64,000 bases of DNA. Origin: Terriglobia bacterium (GTDB lineage Bacteria > Acidobacteriota > Terriglobia > Versatilivoradales > Versatilivoraceae). The notes under the pieces were generated by a model. That model was given only the letters and a program-made list of their open reading frames with translations. It did not search any database and was not told the DNA's origin. Positions 19,326-31,065 of the stretch are shown here, one piece after another. The stretch spans positions 6,280-70,279 of the forward strand of contig JBGOTQ010000001.1 of assembly GCA_041476565.1 (NCBI GenBank), read 5' to 3'. Both the position numbers and the translations under genes were made by a program. Within the stretch, counting starts at the first letter, position 1. Each line of letters starts with the position of its first letter.

Positions 19326-20981
19326 ATGGTTAACCGTAACGTCAATGCCGTGATTGTAGGCGCGGGGGCCGGCGGTGGCATTGTCGCGAAAGAACTGAGT
19401 GAGGCCGGCCTCACTGTTGTGCTGCTGGAACGCGGGACCTGGCCGAGTTTCGAAGCGCACGACCACGATGAATTAAGCGCCCAAACCTATGGCGTGCTGT
19501 GCAACGCCTTTGGGCCTGATGACGATCGATATCGTCGGGTGATTCAGGACACGACCGGTGTGCGGCATGTGGTGACCCCTATCGAGAGCGGTTATGGGAA
19601 TATTGCAGCCTGCGTTGGCTCGGGTACCGCCAGCTACGGCGCTATGGCCTGGCGGTTCTTGCCCCAAGATTTCCGCATGCGCTCGGTTTATGGTTTTCTG
19701 GAGGGCTCGACGCTCGATGACTGGCCTATTTCCTATGATGACCTGGAACCTTTCTACGAAAAGGCGGAATGGGAAATCGGTGTCAGTGGCAACGGCAGTG
19801 AAAATCCATTTGCAGCGCTGCGTCGGAGACCTTACCCCATGCCGCCTCATGGGTACACGCTGGCCGCCCGCAGGCTGGAGCCAGCAGCCAGGAGACTGGC
19901 GTTCCATCCCTTTCATATTCCCATGCTCCGCAACACCGTCCCTTTCGGGGGTCGGTCAGCTTGCATCCGCTGCCGCTACTGCAGCGGGTACGCCTGCGAG
20001 GTCAACGCCAAGAACGGGACACACAACACAGTGATCCCGGCGGCATTGGCCACCGGCAATTGTGAGCTGCGCATCCAGTGTGTGGCCAGCGAGGTGGGCC
20101 TCGACGAGCGCGGGCGGGCCAAAGGTATCCGCTACTTCGATCAAGACCGTCGAGAACGGTTTCAAAGTGCCGACTTGGTTGTGCTTTCCTGCTCCGCTAC
20201 CGAGACGGCCCGGCTCCTACTGAACTCTCGTTCCCGGCTCTTTCCATACGGCGCAGGCAATCGGTTCGACTGGGTAGGACGGAACCTTCAAGACCATGCT
20301 TACACCGGAGCTTGCGGTCTCTTCGGTGAAGAAGTATACGATGACGTGGGACCAGGAGCTTCCATTGCGATCTCTGATTTCAACCATGGGAACCCCGGAC
20401 TTAAGGGCGGCGGGATGCTCTGTAACCAGTTCATCAGCCACCCCTATGCCTTTACCCAAAAGCGGCCTCCGGGAACAGCTGCCTGGGGGTGGGCTCATAA
20501 GCTATTCCAGCGGGACTACTTCAAGCGGCACATCGGGATCCACGGCCCTGTGCAGGAGATGCCCATGGCTGAGTCCCGGGTTGAAGTGGACCCCGGGGTG
20601 AAGGACTACTGGGGGATTCCTGTGGCGCGGCTCTCGGGACATCGTCACCCGCATACGATTGAGATCTGCCGATACCTGGCTTCCAAGGCGGACGCTTGGC
20701 TAACAGAAGCGGGGGCGATTCAGACCTGGCTCATGATCCCAGGAGCAGGTCTGGGGGGAGGTCCGCATCAGGCTGGCACTTGCCGGATGGGGAAGGATCC
20801 GAAAACTTCTGTCACCAATCGTTATGGCCAGGTTCACGAGATTGATAATCTCTTCATTGCGGACGGAAGCCTGCATGTGACCAACGGCGGGTTTAATCCA
20901 GTTTTAACAATTATGGCGTTGGGCTACTGGGTCTCCAATTACCTAAGGCGCGAGTGGACAGGGACCCGATTTCACTCCTAA
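19326..20981 (+). CDS. GMC-family FAD oxidoreductase (choline/gluconate-2-dehydrogenase/glycoside-3-dehydrogenase-like)
   Basis: VIVGAGAGGGIVAKELSEAGLTVVLLERG is the FAD-binding motif. The C-terminal GMC region (HQAGTCRMG...IADGSLHVTNGGFNPVLTIMALG) is present. The protein is 551 aa. Confidence 0.8.
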   Translation: MVNRNVNAVIVGAGAGGGIVAKELSEAGLTVVLLERGTWPSFEAHDHDELSAQTYGVLCNAFGPDDDRYRRVIQDTTGVRHVVTPIESGYGNIAACVGSGTASYGAMAWRFLPQDFRMRSVYGFLEGSTLDDWPISYDDLEPFYEKAEWEIGVSGNGSENPFAALRRRPYPMPPHGYTLAARRLEPAARRLAFHPFHIPMLRNTVPFGGRSACIRCRYCSGYACEVNAKNGTHNTVIPAALATGNCELRIQCVASEVGLDERGRAKGIRYFDQDRRERFQSADLVVLSCSATETARLLLNSRSRLFPYGAGNRFDWVGRNLQDHAYTGACGLFGEEVYDDVGPGASIAISDFNHGNPGLKGGGMLCNQFISHPYAFTQKRPPGTAAWGWAHKLFQRDYFKRHIGIHGPVQEMPMAESRVEVDPGVKDYWGIPVARLSGHRHPHTIEICRYLASKADAWLTEAGAIQTWLMIPGAGLGGGPHQAGTCRMGKDPKTSVTNRYGQVHEIDNLFIADGSLHVTNGGFNPVLTIMALGYWVSNYLRREWTGTRFHS

Positions 20982-21865
20982 CTAATCAACCTCCTGATCT
21001 TGTTCAAACCGGCTCCGGCCGTGGCATCCAGGTTAGCTTCACTGCCGCCGCCACGCAGGGGGGAACACATTTCGTAGGCAACGTATCCGTCAAATCCCCC
21101 CTCTTTAAGCCCTGCGAAAAACCTCTCCAGGTCAATAAACCCTTCCCCCAAGGGCACCGCCCGAACCATTTCGGGCAACGGCCGATAATTCACCAGCCCC
21201 GGCATGTAGGCAAACCGCTTGAGCCGGATGTAATCTGCTAGGGTAGTCTGAACCATTCGGGGGGCCAAAAGTCTGGCGCCGAGGTAAGGGTCTTCTCCCA
21301 TTAGGGCTGGCGCCCACGGATCGTACATGGCCCGACAATTGGGATGGTTCACGTCGTCGAGAAACTCAGCGAATGCGCCTGAAGCGATCCCGACATCATG
21401 GTGATTCTGGAGTCCTAGAATGATCCCGTAATCTGAAGCAATGGCCGCGCATTCCCGAATAGTTTTGACACACCGGGTCCAATCATCCATGTAATTCGCT
21501 TCCTCAGTCGTGTAGCCCGTAAAGACTCGAACAATCCTGGCACCCAGACATTGAGCCATCCGGGCCAAGTCGCGGACATATGCTACCTGCATCTCCCCAA
21601 AAGGAACTTCCAGGGAACTCTTCCCCACCGTGAAATCGGTATAGCCTGCGAGTGTCGCTATCTCGATGCGATGCGCGGCGGCACATTCTTTGATCCTCGG
21701 CAATTCACTCTCGCTCCAATCCAGTGTTGACAAGTGCGGCCGCTTCCCCATGAGTTCCACTGCCGAGTAACCGAGATCGGCAGCTCTGGCAATGAAACTC
21801 AACAAATCGAGTCCGTGTTGGCCCCAGAGGCCTGCATAGCTGACAGAAAACAGGGTGGGAAGCAT
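20978..21865 (-). CDS. sugar phosphate isomerase/epimerase (xylose-isomerase-like TIM barrel)
   Basis: It has an AP-endonuclease-2/XylA-like TIM-barrel pattern (GYSAVEL...RIVRVFTG...GLQNHHD...YVAYE). It converges on the GMC oxidoreductase gene. Confidence 0.8.
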   Translation of the reverse strand: MLPTLFSVSYAGLWGQHGLDLLSFIARAADLGYSAVELMGKRPHLSTLDWSESELPRIKECAAAHRIEIATLAGYTDFTVGKSSLEVPFGEMQVAYVRDLARMAQCLGARIVRVFTGYTTEEANYMDDWTRCVKTIRECAAIASDYGIILGLQNHHDVGIASGAFAEFLDDVNHPNCRAMYDPWAPALMGEDPYLGARLLAPRMVQTTLADYIRLKRFAYMPGLVNYRPLPEMVRAVPLGEGFIDLERFFAGLKEGGFDGYVAYEMCSPLRGGGSEANLDATAGAGLNKIRRLIS

Positions 21866-21957
21866 AATTTGCAGTCCTGGTTGTCGGGTTCTCGTTTCAC
21901 GGCTAGGCCCTTGGCGTCAATGAAAGCTGGGCTTCCTCCTGCACCCTGCTGATGCTG

Positions 21958-22158
21958 TCACGTGCTGGGCCTGCCTCCCAAAACCCGGGCTGGAAGCAAG
22001 ATCAAGGCTCGCAACAGTTCGAACACCCCCGTGATAGCGATGCCGAGGAGCCGAAACGGCAACAGGAAAAGCCACACAAATGGGTACAAGACCAATGCCA
22101 GCAGCGCCAATGGCCAGCACAGAACCAGCAGAATGCACCAGAGCAGGAATTTGACCAC
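21958..22158 (-). CDS. possible small hydrophobic (two-TM) protein
   Basis: A 66-aa ORF with a GTG start and two strongly hydrophobic helices. It overlaps other frames, and no ribosome-binding site was seen. Confidence 0.25.
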   Translation of the reverse strand: MVKFLLWCILLVLCWPLALLALVLYPFVWLFLLPFRLLGIAITGVFELLRALILLPARVLGGRPST

Positions 22159-22230
22159 GAGTCATCCCCCCGGGAAGGATTACGAGAAGATTAATAAGCT
22201 ATAAGTTAACCGCCCTGGACTTCGGCGGCC

Positions 22231-24699
22231 TCAATGAACCGTCGGAGACTGATTCTCCAGGAACTTCTCGGACTGGCTGGTAATCAGAGAAGCCGCGGCA
22301 ACTTGGTCGTCCTCTCCCAAGTCGATCAGCTTGACACCTTGGGTGCTCCGGCCCGCTGCGCGGATGGCAGAGGCTTCAAGCCGGATAACCTTCCCTTGGG
22401 CCGTGATGAGCATGACCTCGGATTCGTCATCCACCTTCATGATCGCCACTACCGGCCCGTTCTTCTCCGTGGTCCTGACGTTGATGATGCCTTTGCCACT
22501 GCGCGCCTGGAGTCGATATTCGCGGATTCGGGTGCGCTTTCCGTATCCGTTCTCCGTTACAGAGAGAATGAGCCCTTCATCCCCGCTGATAGTCATTCCG
22601 ACCAGGTAATCCCGTTCAGCCAGCTCGATTCCCCTGACTCCTCTGGCCTGGCGGCCCATGTCGCGCACATCATCCTCGTGAAAACGAATGCACTTGCCTT
22701 GGTGGGTACCCAGGAAGATTTGGTTCTTGCCCGTGGTCAGCTCGGCTGCAATGAGTTCGTCTCCCCCATCCAAACTAATCGCAATGATGCCTCGTGCCAT
22801 CGGATTGTTGAAAGCATCCAGGCGAATCTTCTTGACCACCCCTTTGCGGGTGGCGAACATGACGAAGCGTTCCTCGCTGAAATCCGTTACTGGAACGACG
22901 GCTGTCATCTTCTCTTCTGGAGCCAGGCTGACCAGATTGACAATGGCTTTGCCCTTCCCTGTGGTCCCGACGTCCGGGATCTCGTAAACCTTCAGCCAAT
23001 GAACCTTTCCCAGATTGGTGAAGATCAGGATGTAACTATGGGTAGAAGCCACGAAGAGGTGTTCCACGAAATCTTCTTCACGGGTGCGCATGCCGATTCG
23101 TCCTTTGCCGCCGCGATGCTGCATGCGGTAGACATTGACCGGAGTACGCTTGGCATAGCCGCTGTGCGTCACCGTAACCGCCACATCCTCTACTGTAATC
23201 AGGTCCTCGAGCTTGATTTCAGCATGTTCATCGACGATCTGTGTGCGCCGCCCGTCTCCGTACTGTTTCTGGATCTCCTTCAGTTCCTTGATAATGAGTG
23301 CCCTCAAAACCCCCTCATTGACCAAGATCTCCTTCAACTCGGCAATCCGTTTGATCAGGTTTTGATATTCCTCCAGCAGCTTCTCGCGCTCCATGCTGGT
23401 CAGTCTTTGCAGCTGCAAGTCCAAAATGGCCTGGGCTTGGACCAGCGAGAAAGCAAATTGCCTCGTCAACCCTTCCCTCGCCTCCTGGGGAGATTTGGAG
23501 GCTCGGATGAGTTTAATGACGGCGTCAATCTTATCCAGGGCTTTTGTGAGGCCTTCCAGGATATGGGCCCTCTCTTCGGCCTTGCGCAGTTCAAATTGGG
23601 TGCGGCGCCGTACCACATCGATACGGTGCTCTACAAAATAACGGACCGTCTCTAAGAGGGCGAGAATGCGCGGCTGCCCATTGACGATAGCCAGCATGAT
23701 GACCCCAAAGCTGGTTTGCATGGACGTTTGCTTGTAGAGGTTATTGAGGATCACCTCCGGCTGCTCGTCGCGCCGCAGCTCCAGGACGATGCGCATGCCG
23801 TCGCGATCACTTTCATCGCGCAGGTCTGTGATCCCCTCTATCTTTTTTTCCTGAACCAGCTCGGCGATGCGCTCAATCAGTTTGGCCTTGTTGACCTGGT
23901 AGGGGATCTCGGTAACAACAATCATCTCCTTATCGCCGCGCGCCTGCTTTTCAATGGCAGCACGGGCTCGCAGAACTATCGAGCCCCGGCCGGTGGCATA
24001 GGCTTGCTGGATACCGGCGCGCCCGTAGATAAACCCACCGGTGGGAAAGTCCGGGCCGGGGATATGCCGCGCCAGGTCTTCGGTCGTGGCCTCAGGGTTG
24101 TTGATGAAATGAATGACCGCATTGATGACCTCGTTGAGGTTGTGCGGGGGAATGTTGGTGGCCATCCCCACCGCAATCCCCGCCGAGCCATTCACCAACA
24201 GGTTAGGGATCTGGGCCGGCAGATAGGCCGGCTCAAGCTGGCTTTCGTCGTAATTGGGAACAAAGTCGATCGTTTCCTTCTCAATGTCCGCCAGCATCTC
24301 CACGGCGATGCGGGAGAGCTTGGCTTCGGTATAACGCATCGCCGCAGGGGGGTCGCCGTCCACAGACCCGAAGTTCCCTTGCCCGTCGACCAGCGGATAG
24401 CGCAGTGAAAAATTCTGCGCCATGCGAACCAACGTGTCGTAGATGGCTGCATCACCGTGGGGGTGAAAGTTGCCCATCACTTCGCCCACGATTTTCGCGC
24501 ATTTCCGGTAGGGTTTGTTGGGAGCTAGTCCCATTTCATTCATCCCGTAGAGAATACGTCGATGTACGGGCTTCAGCCCATCCCTGACATCGGGGAGCGC
24601 GCGCCCAATGATCACGCTCATCGCGTAGTCAATGTAGGAGCGCCGCATTTCGTCTTCAATGTTGACCGGCGTATGGTTAAAAGAGAGCTGCCCTTCCAT
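22231..24699 (-). CDS. gyrA: DNA gyrase subunit A
   Basis: [26 protein letters not shown], the active-site Tyr region and the C-terminal beta-pinwheel repeats are present. The protein is 822 aa. Confidence 0.95.
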   Translation of the reverse strand: MEGQLSFNHTPVNIEDEMRRSYIDYAMSVIIGRALPDVRDGLKPVHRRILYGMNEMGLAPNKPYRKCAKIVGEVMGNFHPHGDAAIYDTLVRMAQNFSLRYPLVDGQGNFGSVDGDPPAAMRYTEAKLSRIAVEMLADIEKETIDFVPNYDESQLEPAYLPAQIPNLLVNGSAGIAVGMATNIPPHNLNEVINAVIHFINNPEATTEDLARHIPGPDFPTGGFIYGRAGIQQAYATGRGSIVLRARAAIEKQARGDKEMIVVTEIPYQVNKAKLIERIAELVQEKKIEGITDLRDESDRDGMRIVLELRRDEQPEVILNNLYKQTSMQTSFGVIMLAIVNGQPRILALLETVRYFVEHRIDVVRRRTQFELRKAEERAHILEGLTKALDKIDAVIKLIRASKSPQEAREGLTRQFAFSLVQAQAILDLQLQRLTSMEREKLLEEYQNLIKRIAELKEILVNEGVLRALIIKELKEIQKQYGDGRRTQIVDEHAEIKLEDLITVEDVAVTVTHSGYAKRTPVNVYRMQHRGGKGRIGMRTREEDFVEHLFVASTHSYILIFTNLGKVHWLKVYEIPDVGTTGKGKAIVNLVSLAPEEKMTAVVPVTDFSEERFVMFATRKGVVKKIRLDAFNNPMARGIIAISLDGGDELIAAELTTGKNQIFLGTHQGKCIRFHEDDVRDMGRQARGVRGIELAERDYLVGMTISGDEGLILSVTENGYGKRTRIREYRLQARSGKGIINVRTTEKNGPVVAIMKVDDESEVMLITAQGKVIRLEASAIRAAGRSTQGVKLIDLGEDDQVAAASLITSQSEKFLENQSPTVH

Positions 24700-24709
24700 G
24701 GGATTCCTT

Positions 24710-27214
<2,505 letters not shown>

Positions 27215-27349
27215 TTAGTATTCTGCCCTAGACTCTTGCAGGGTCGCGAGATCTCGTCTCCGGTTTTGTCGGGGGAGAAAAATAGACAGCCTTCTTGTCA
27301 GAACTTGAACCCTAATCGTGGAATCAGAAGCTGGGATAGGTTCCCTCGT

Positions 27350-28462
27350 TCAAACCCGCATGGGCATTACGATATAGCGATATCGATACTCCTCTTCTGT
27401 GGCTGGTCTCAATTGTCCAGCACTCTGCTCGTCCTTAAACTCAAAGCTGACGGAAGCGTCCTCGGTGACGCCGAGGAAGTCCAAAAGGTATTGGCAATTG
27501 AACCCGATCTGCATGGGACCTGCGCCATAGCTGGTTTCTAGCGTTTCTTTTGCTTCTCCTAATTCCACGTTGCTGGAACTGATCTCAAGCTTGTCGTTGC
27601 TCAATAGCATCTTAATCGCTCGAGATTTGTCGTCCGCCAGAAGTGCAACCCTTCGAATAGCCGCAGTGATTTCCTCCCGATTCAGCACCAGCGTCCGGCT
27701 GTTCTCTTTTGGCAAAACCGCCTCGTAGTTGGGGAACTGCCCACTAAGCATCCGCGTAAACATCAAGCGGCTTTTTATGCGAAAGAACAGGTGGGTCTCA
27801 TCTTTCCCAAAACTGACCAGGTCCTCTTCGCCGCATTCTGCCAATAATCGCTGCAGTTCAGCCATGGCTTTTCGGGGTATCAGCACTCTGACCTCACTGG
27901 TCAAGTGATCAAAATTCTGCTGTTTCTCGATGAATGACAGGCGGTGCCCATCCGTTGCCACCATCGTGACACTCAAGGGCCGTACCAACAGCAGCGAACC
28001 ATTCAAAGTGTAGCGGGATTCCTCGTTGGCAATTGCGAAGATGGTCTTATTGATCAAATTCAATAACACCTCAGAAGGAAGATCCACCACGGACTCCTTC
28101 ATTTCCGGTATGGCCGGAAAATTGTCTTTGGGCAGCCCAACTACTTTGAACGAGGCCGAAGCACAGTTGATCTGCAGCCAGTTGTTCTCCAGTTTCTTGA
28201 TTTTGACCTCTGCATCAGGAAGCAAACGAATGATGTCGAGAAAACTCTTAGCCGGCGTTGTGATGGCCCCTTCTTTCTTAACCTTGGCTGGGCAGGAACT
28301 CCGAATTCCAACATCCAGGTCGGTGGCCGATAGTTGAAGCCTGTCACTCCCGGCATCCAACAACAAGTTGGCAAGAATTGGAATAGTTGTCTTCTTCTCG
28401 ACAACTCCTTGAGCCAAGCTAACTTCCCGAAGTAGATCGAATTTCTTTACAGTGAATTCCAT
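27350..28462 (-). CDS. dnaN: DNA polymerase III beta sliding clamp
   Basis: MEFTVKKFDLLREVSLAQGVVEKKTTIPILANLLL is present. The protein is 370 aa and sits in the classic dnaA-dnaN-gyrB arrangement. Confidence 0.95.
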   Translation of the reverse strand: MEFTVKKFDLLREVSLAQGVVEKKTTIPILANLLLDAGSDRLQLSATDLDVGIRSSCPAKVKKEGAITTPAKSFLDIIRLLPDAEVKIKKLENNWLQINCASASFKVVGLPKDNFPAIPEMKESVVDLPSEVLLNLINKTIFAIANEESRYTLNGSLLLVRPLSVTMVATDGHRLSFIEKQQNFDHLTSEVRVLIPRKAMAELQRLLAECGEEDLVSFGKDETHLFFRIKSRLMFTRMLSGQFPNYEAVLPKENSRTLVLNREEITAAIRRVALLADDKSRAIKMLLSNDKLEISSSNVELGEAKETLETSYGAGPMQIGFNCQYLLDFLGVTEDASVSFEFKDEQSAGQLRPATEEEYRYRYIVMPMRV

Positions 28463-28464
28463 AA

Positions 28465-28745
28465 GCTAATAATCCTAAGCTTTTCTAAGAATAACTTAAC
28501 AATCTAAATAGAAGTAAGAGTAGACCCCATCAAAAATCGGAAATTCCTCTAATACATTTCCAGTCTGCCAATTACCCTGTGGAAAACATAGACTACCCAC
28601 TTAGAATTGTACCACCAAACAGTCATCGGTTCCAAGAGCGATCAAGAACGCACAGATTCCGCACAGGCCGGTTGGCACGGGGTGTGGAAAAAGCCCCCTT
28701 TTTATTGGAATGATTCCAAAAACATGCTGATGAGGTTGTGGAAAT
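28465..28745. promoter_or_regulatory. candidate oriC element: AT-rich unwinding region plus three same-orientation TGTGGAAA(A/T) DnaA-box-like motifs
   Basis: An AT-rich stretch at 28465-28545 sits in an otherwise GC-rich genome. TGTGGAAAA occurs at 28578-28586 and 28683-28691, and TGTGGAAAT at 28737-28745. These are one mismatch from the revcomp of TTATCCACA. The region lies between dnaA and dnaN. Confidence 0.45.
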
Positions 28746-30069
28746 CTTTGTTCTTATTTCTCAGGTCTTCGACCTTATTGATTGAATGCAGTACCGTGGT
28801 GTGATGCTTACCCCCAAATTCTCGGCCGATTTCGGGCAGGGAGGCCCTTGTGAGTTGACGACATAGATACATCCCTATCTGACGGGGATGCGCGATGGCT
28901 TTGGAATTATTCTTAGACTTGAGTTCCACGATTTTCAGGTTGAAGTATTCGGCGACGATCCGCTGAATCTGCTCAATACTGATGTGCTTCTCCTGAGACT
29001 TGAGGATGTGCTTTAAAACCTCTTGTGCCATGGACAAGGACACTTGTTCACCGCGCAAGGAACTGAAAGCCATGAGCCGAACCAAGGATCCTTCCAGTTC
29101 GCGGACGTTTGATTTGATTTTACTGCCAATATAGAAAGCCACATTATCAGGAATTTCAAAATTCTCGCTTTCGGCTTTCTTCTTTAGAATAGCCACCTTG
29201 GTCTCCAAGTCAGGCGGCTGAATGTCAGCGATCAAGCCCGACTCGAACCGGGACTGAAGCCGTTCCTGAATCGAAGGAATCTCCTTGGGGAGTGCATCGC
29301 TGGAAATGACAATCTGCTTCTGAGCATCGTAGAGAGCATTGAAGGTGTGGAAGAACTCCTCTTGGGTGGCTTCCTTCCCGGCAATGAACTGGATATCATC
29401 AATGAGGAGCACGTCCACATTGCGATACTTTTCCCTTAGGGCTAAGGTCTTATCGTATCGGATTGCGTTAATAACCTCATTGGTGAATTTCTCCGAGGAA
29501 ACATAATTGAGGCGGACACGCCGGTCAGTGGTCTTGATCTTGTGGCCGACGGCCTGCATCAAGTGGGTCTTTCCCAAGCCCACTCCCCCATAGATGAACA
29601 GGGGATTGTATGCCTTCGAAGGAGCCTCAGCCACAGCCAGAGCTGCCGCATGGGCGAATTGATTGCTGGATCCCACAACAAATCGGTCAAAGGTATACTT
29701 GGGATTTAACAGGTATTCGACGGAATCAAAATTAAGGGTAGTCTGAACAGGAGCAGGTGACACCTCCTTCTTGGCCGGTCCTTTTTGGCTAAGAAATAAG
29801 ATTCTGAGCTCTCCGAGTTGCAGTTCCTGGATGGCAGCTTGGAGCAAATCCGAGTAGTGCCTGCCCAGCCAGTCTTCAAAAACTTGGTTGGGAACCCCCA
29901 CCACGAGGGTGTCTTCATCGATGGCCTTCAACTGGGTAGGCTTGAACCATGTGACAAAATCCTGCCGATCGATCTTTCTTTCAATGAATTTGAGGATCTC
30001 CTGCCACGTATCCATGCTAAAGACCCACGTACAACCCCCCCCCGCTTCTATAAATGGGAGGGACTCCAA
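28702..30069 (-). CDS. dnaA: chromosomal replication initiator protein DnaA
   Basis: It has AAA+ Walker A (GGVGLGKTHLMQAVGH), sensor motifs and the C-terminal DNA-binding HTH (TVLHS). The likely true start is the internal ATG at 30015 (MDTWQEILKFIE). Confidence 0.95.
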   Translation of the reverse strand: MESLPFIEAGGGCTWVFSMDTWQEILKFIERKIDRQDFVTWFKPTQLKAIDEDTLVVGVPNQVFEDWLGRHYSDLLQAAIQELQLGELRILFLSQKGPAKKEVSPAPVQTTLNFDSVEYLLNPKYTFDRFVVGSSNQFAHAAALAVAEAPSKAYNPLFIYGGVGLGKTHLMQAVGHKIKTTDRRVRLNYVSSEKFTNEVINAIRYDKTLALREKYRNVDVLLIDDIQFIAGKEATQEEFFHTFNALYDAQKQIVISSDALPKEIPSIQERLQSRFESGLIADIQPPDLETKVAILKKKAESENFEIPDNVAFYIGSKIKSNVRELEGSLVRLMAFSSLRGEQVSLSMAQEVLKHILKSQEKHISIEQIQRIVAEYFNLKIVELKSKNNSKAIAHPRQIGMYLCRQLTRASLPEIGREFGGKHHTTVLHSINKVEDLRNKNKDFHNLISMFLESFQ

Positions 30070-30331
30070 TTTCGGTGATTATGATCCAGGGCGATGAGTT
30101 TCGATTTGGTGAACTTTATGGATCCTGCTGTCTTTGATTGTCATCCATGACAGGTTGTCAATATACCATACGGGTGGGATCGATTCAATTCAAATGCGGC
30201 ATTTGGATTGACACGGTAGGAGCACTATGCTATACGTGGTTGTTTGCAATTTTGATCGGGTGGCTATCGCCCACGCCCTCGGTGCCTGCCCGATTTGAAG
30301 TCAATCTACTCTTTCTGGAGTTTTTTCCACG
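30070..30331. promoter_or_regulatory. divergent dnaA / rpmH promoter region (alternative oriC location)
   Basis: A 260-nt non-coding spacer between divergent dnaA and rpmH. Replication-associated genes are oriented away from it on both sides. It has a C9 tract at 30045-30053 and only weak DnaA-box-like matches. Confidence 0.35.
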
Positions 30332-30466
30332 ATGCTGCCGACTTTCAGGCCGAATAGAAGGAAGCGAGCCAAGACACATGGATTTCGCGAGAGGATGAGC
30401 ACCCGAGGTGGTCGCTTGGTGCTAAAGCGCCGTCGTAATAAAGGACGCAAACGGCTAATTCCGTAG
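30332..30466 (+). CDS. rpmH: 50S ribosomal protein L34
   Basis: Manual translation gives [44 protein letters not shown] (44 aa). This matches the L34 consensus MKRTFQPSxxKRxRxHGFRxRMxTxxGRxVLxxRRxKGRxxL. It is missing from the ORF track because it is under 60 aa. Confidence 0.85.
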   Translation: MLPTFRPNRRKRAKTHGFRERMSTRGGRLVLKRRRNKGRKRLIP

Positions 30467-30476
30467 ACCTCTGGCG

Positions 30477-30836
30477 TTGAGCAAAAGTTCTGACAAGAGT
30501 GGCCGGCTGTTGCGCTCCCGGGATTTTCAGAAGGTTCACGCTGAAGGGTGCAAGGTTTCAGGCCGGTGGGTGCAGTTGCTGTACCTCCCCAATTTACTGG
30601 AAAGGTCCCGTTTGGGGCTGGCCGTAGGCCGGAGACTGGGGAAAGCGGTCGAGAGGAATCGGCTGAAACGGCGGCTCCGGGAGATCATCCGGCGAAACGG
30701 GGCTGCCATCGTCGGTGGATTCGACGTCGTAGTTCTGGTAAGGCCACAGGCCCGGGATGCGGACTTTTCCGCGATTACTTCAGATTTTCTTGACTTATTT
30801 GGCCGTTTGAAGAACAGAAAAGTTGGAAGCCTTTAA
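30477..30836 (+). CDS. rnpA: ribonuclease P protein component
   Basis: It is basic and 119 aa, with LLRSRDFQKV...RLGLAVGRRLGKAVERNRLKRRLREI (the RNR motif). It sits directly after rpmH, with a TTG start. Confidence 0.85.
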   Translation: MSKSSDKSGRLLRSRDFQKVHAEGCKVSGRWVQLLYLPNLLERSRLGLAVGRRLGKAVERNRLKRRLREIIRRNGAAIVGGFDVVVLVRPQARDADFSAITSDFLDLFGRLKNRKVGSL

Positions 30837-31041
30837 GATAGTCATCCTGGCCGTTCTTAGACTCTACAAGGGGTTGATCTCTCCCTGGTTGCCTCCAGCC
30901 TGCAGGTTTTGGCCGACGTGTTCCGACTATTCGTACCAAGCTGTTAGCAAGTATGGAGTCTTGCGAGGAGGTGTGCTCGCAGTCAAGCGAGTCTGCAAGT
31001 GCCACCCCTTCCACTCCGGAGGACAAGATCTCCTGCATTGA
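30823..31041 (+). CDS. yidD: membrane protein insertion efficiency factor
   Basis: ISPWLPPACRFWPTCSDYSYQAVSKYGVLRGGVLAVKRVCKCHPFHSGG is the YidD signature. The protein is 72 aa. Confidence 0.85.
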   Translation: MEAFKIVILAVLRLYKGLISPWLPPACRFWPTCSDYSYQAVSKYGVLRGGVLAVKRVCKCHPFHSGGQDLLH

Positions 31042-31065
31042 TTCTCGAGGATCGAGTGGAGACGT

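Noticed and set aside
22234-23655. 473-aa plus-strand ORF
   Set aside because: It lies entirely antisense to gyrA, which is unambiguous. This is a typical long spurious antisense frame in high-GC DNA with no motifs.
30045-30053. C9 tract just upstream of the probable dnaA start, considered as a phase-variation or regulatory element
   Set aside because: Runs of 7-9 G/C occur several times in this GC-rich window (for example 55837 and 61371). It lies outside the likely CDS if dnaA starts at 30015. There is no basis to assign a function.
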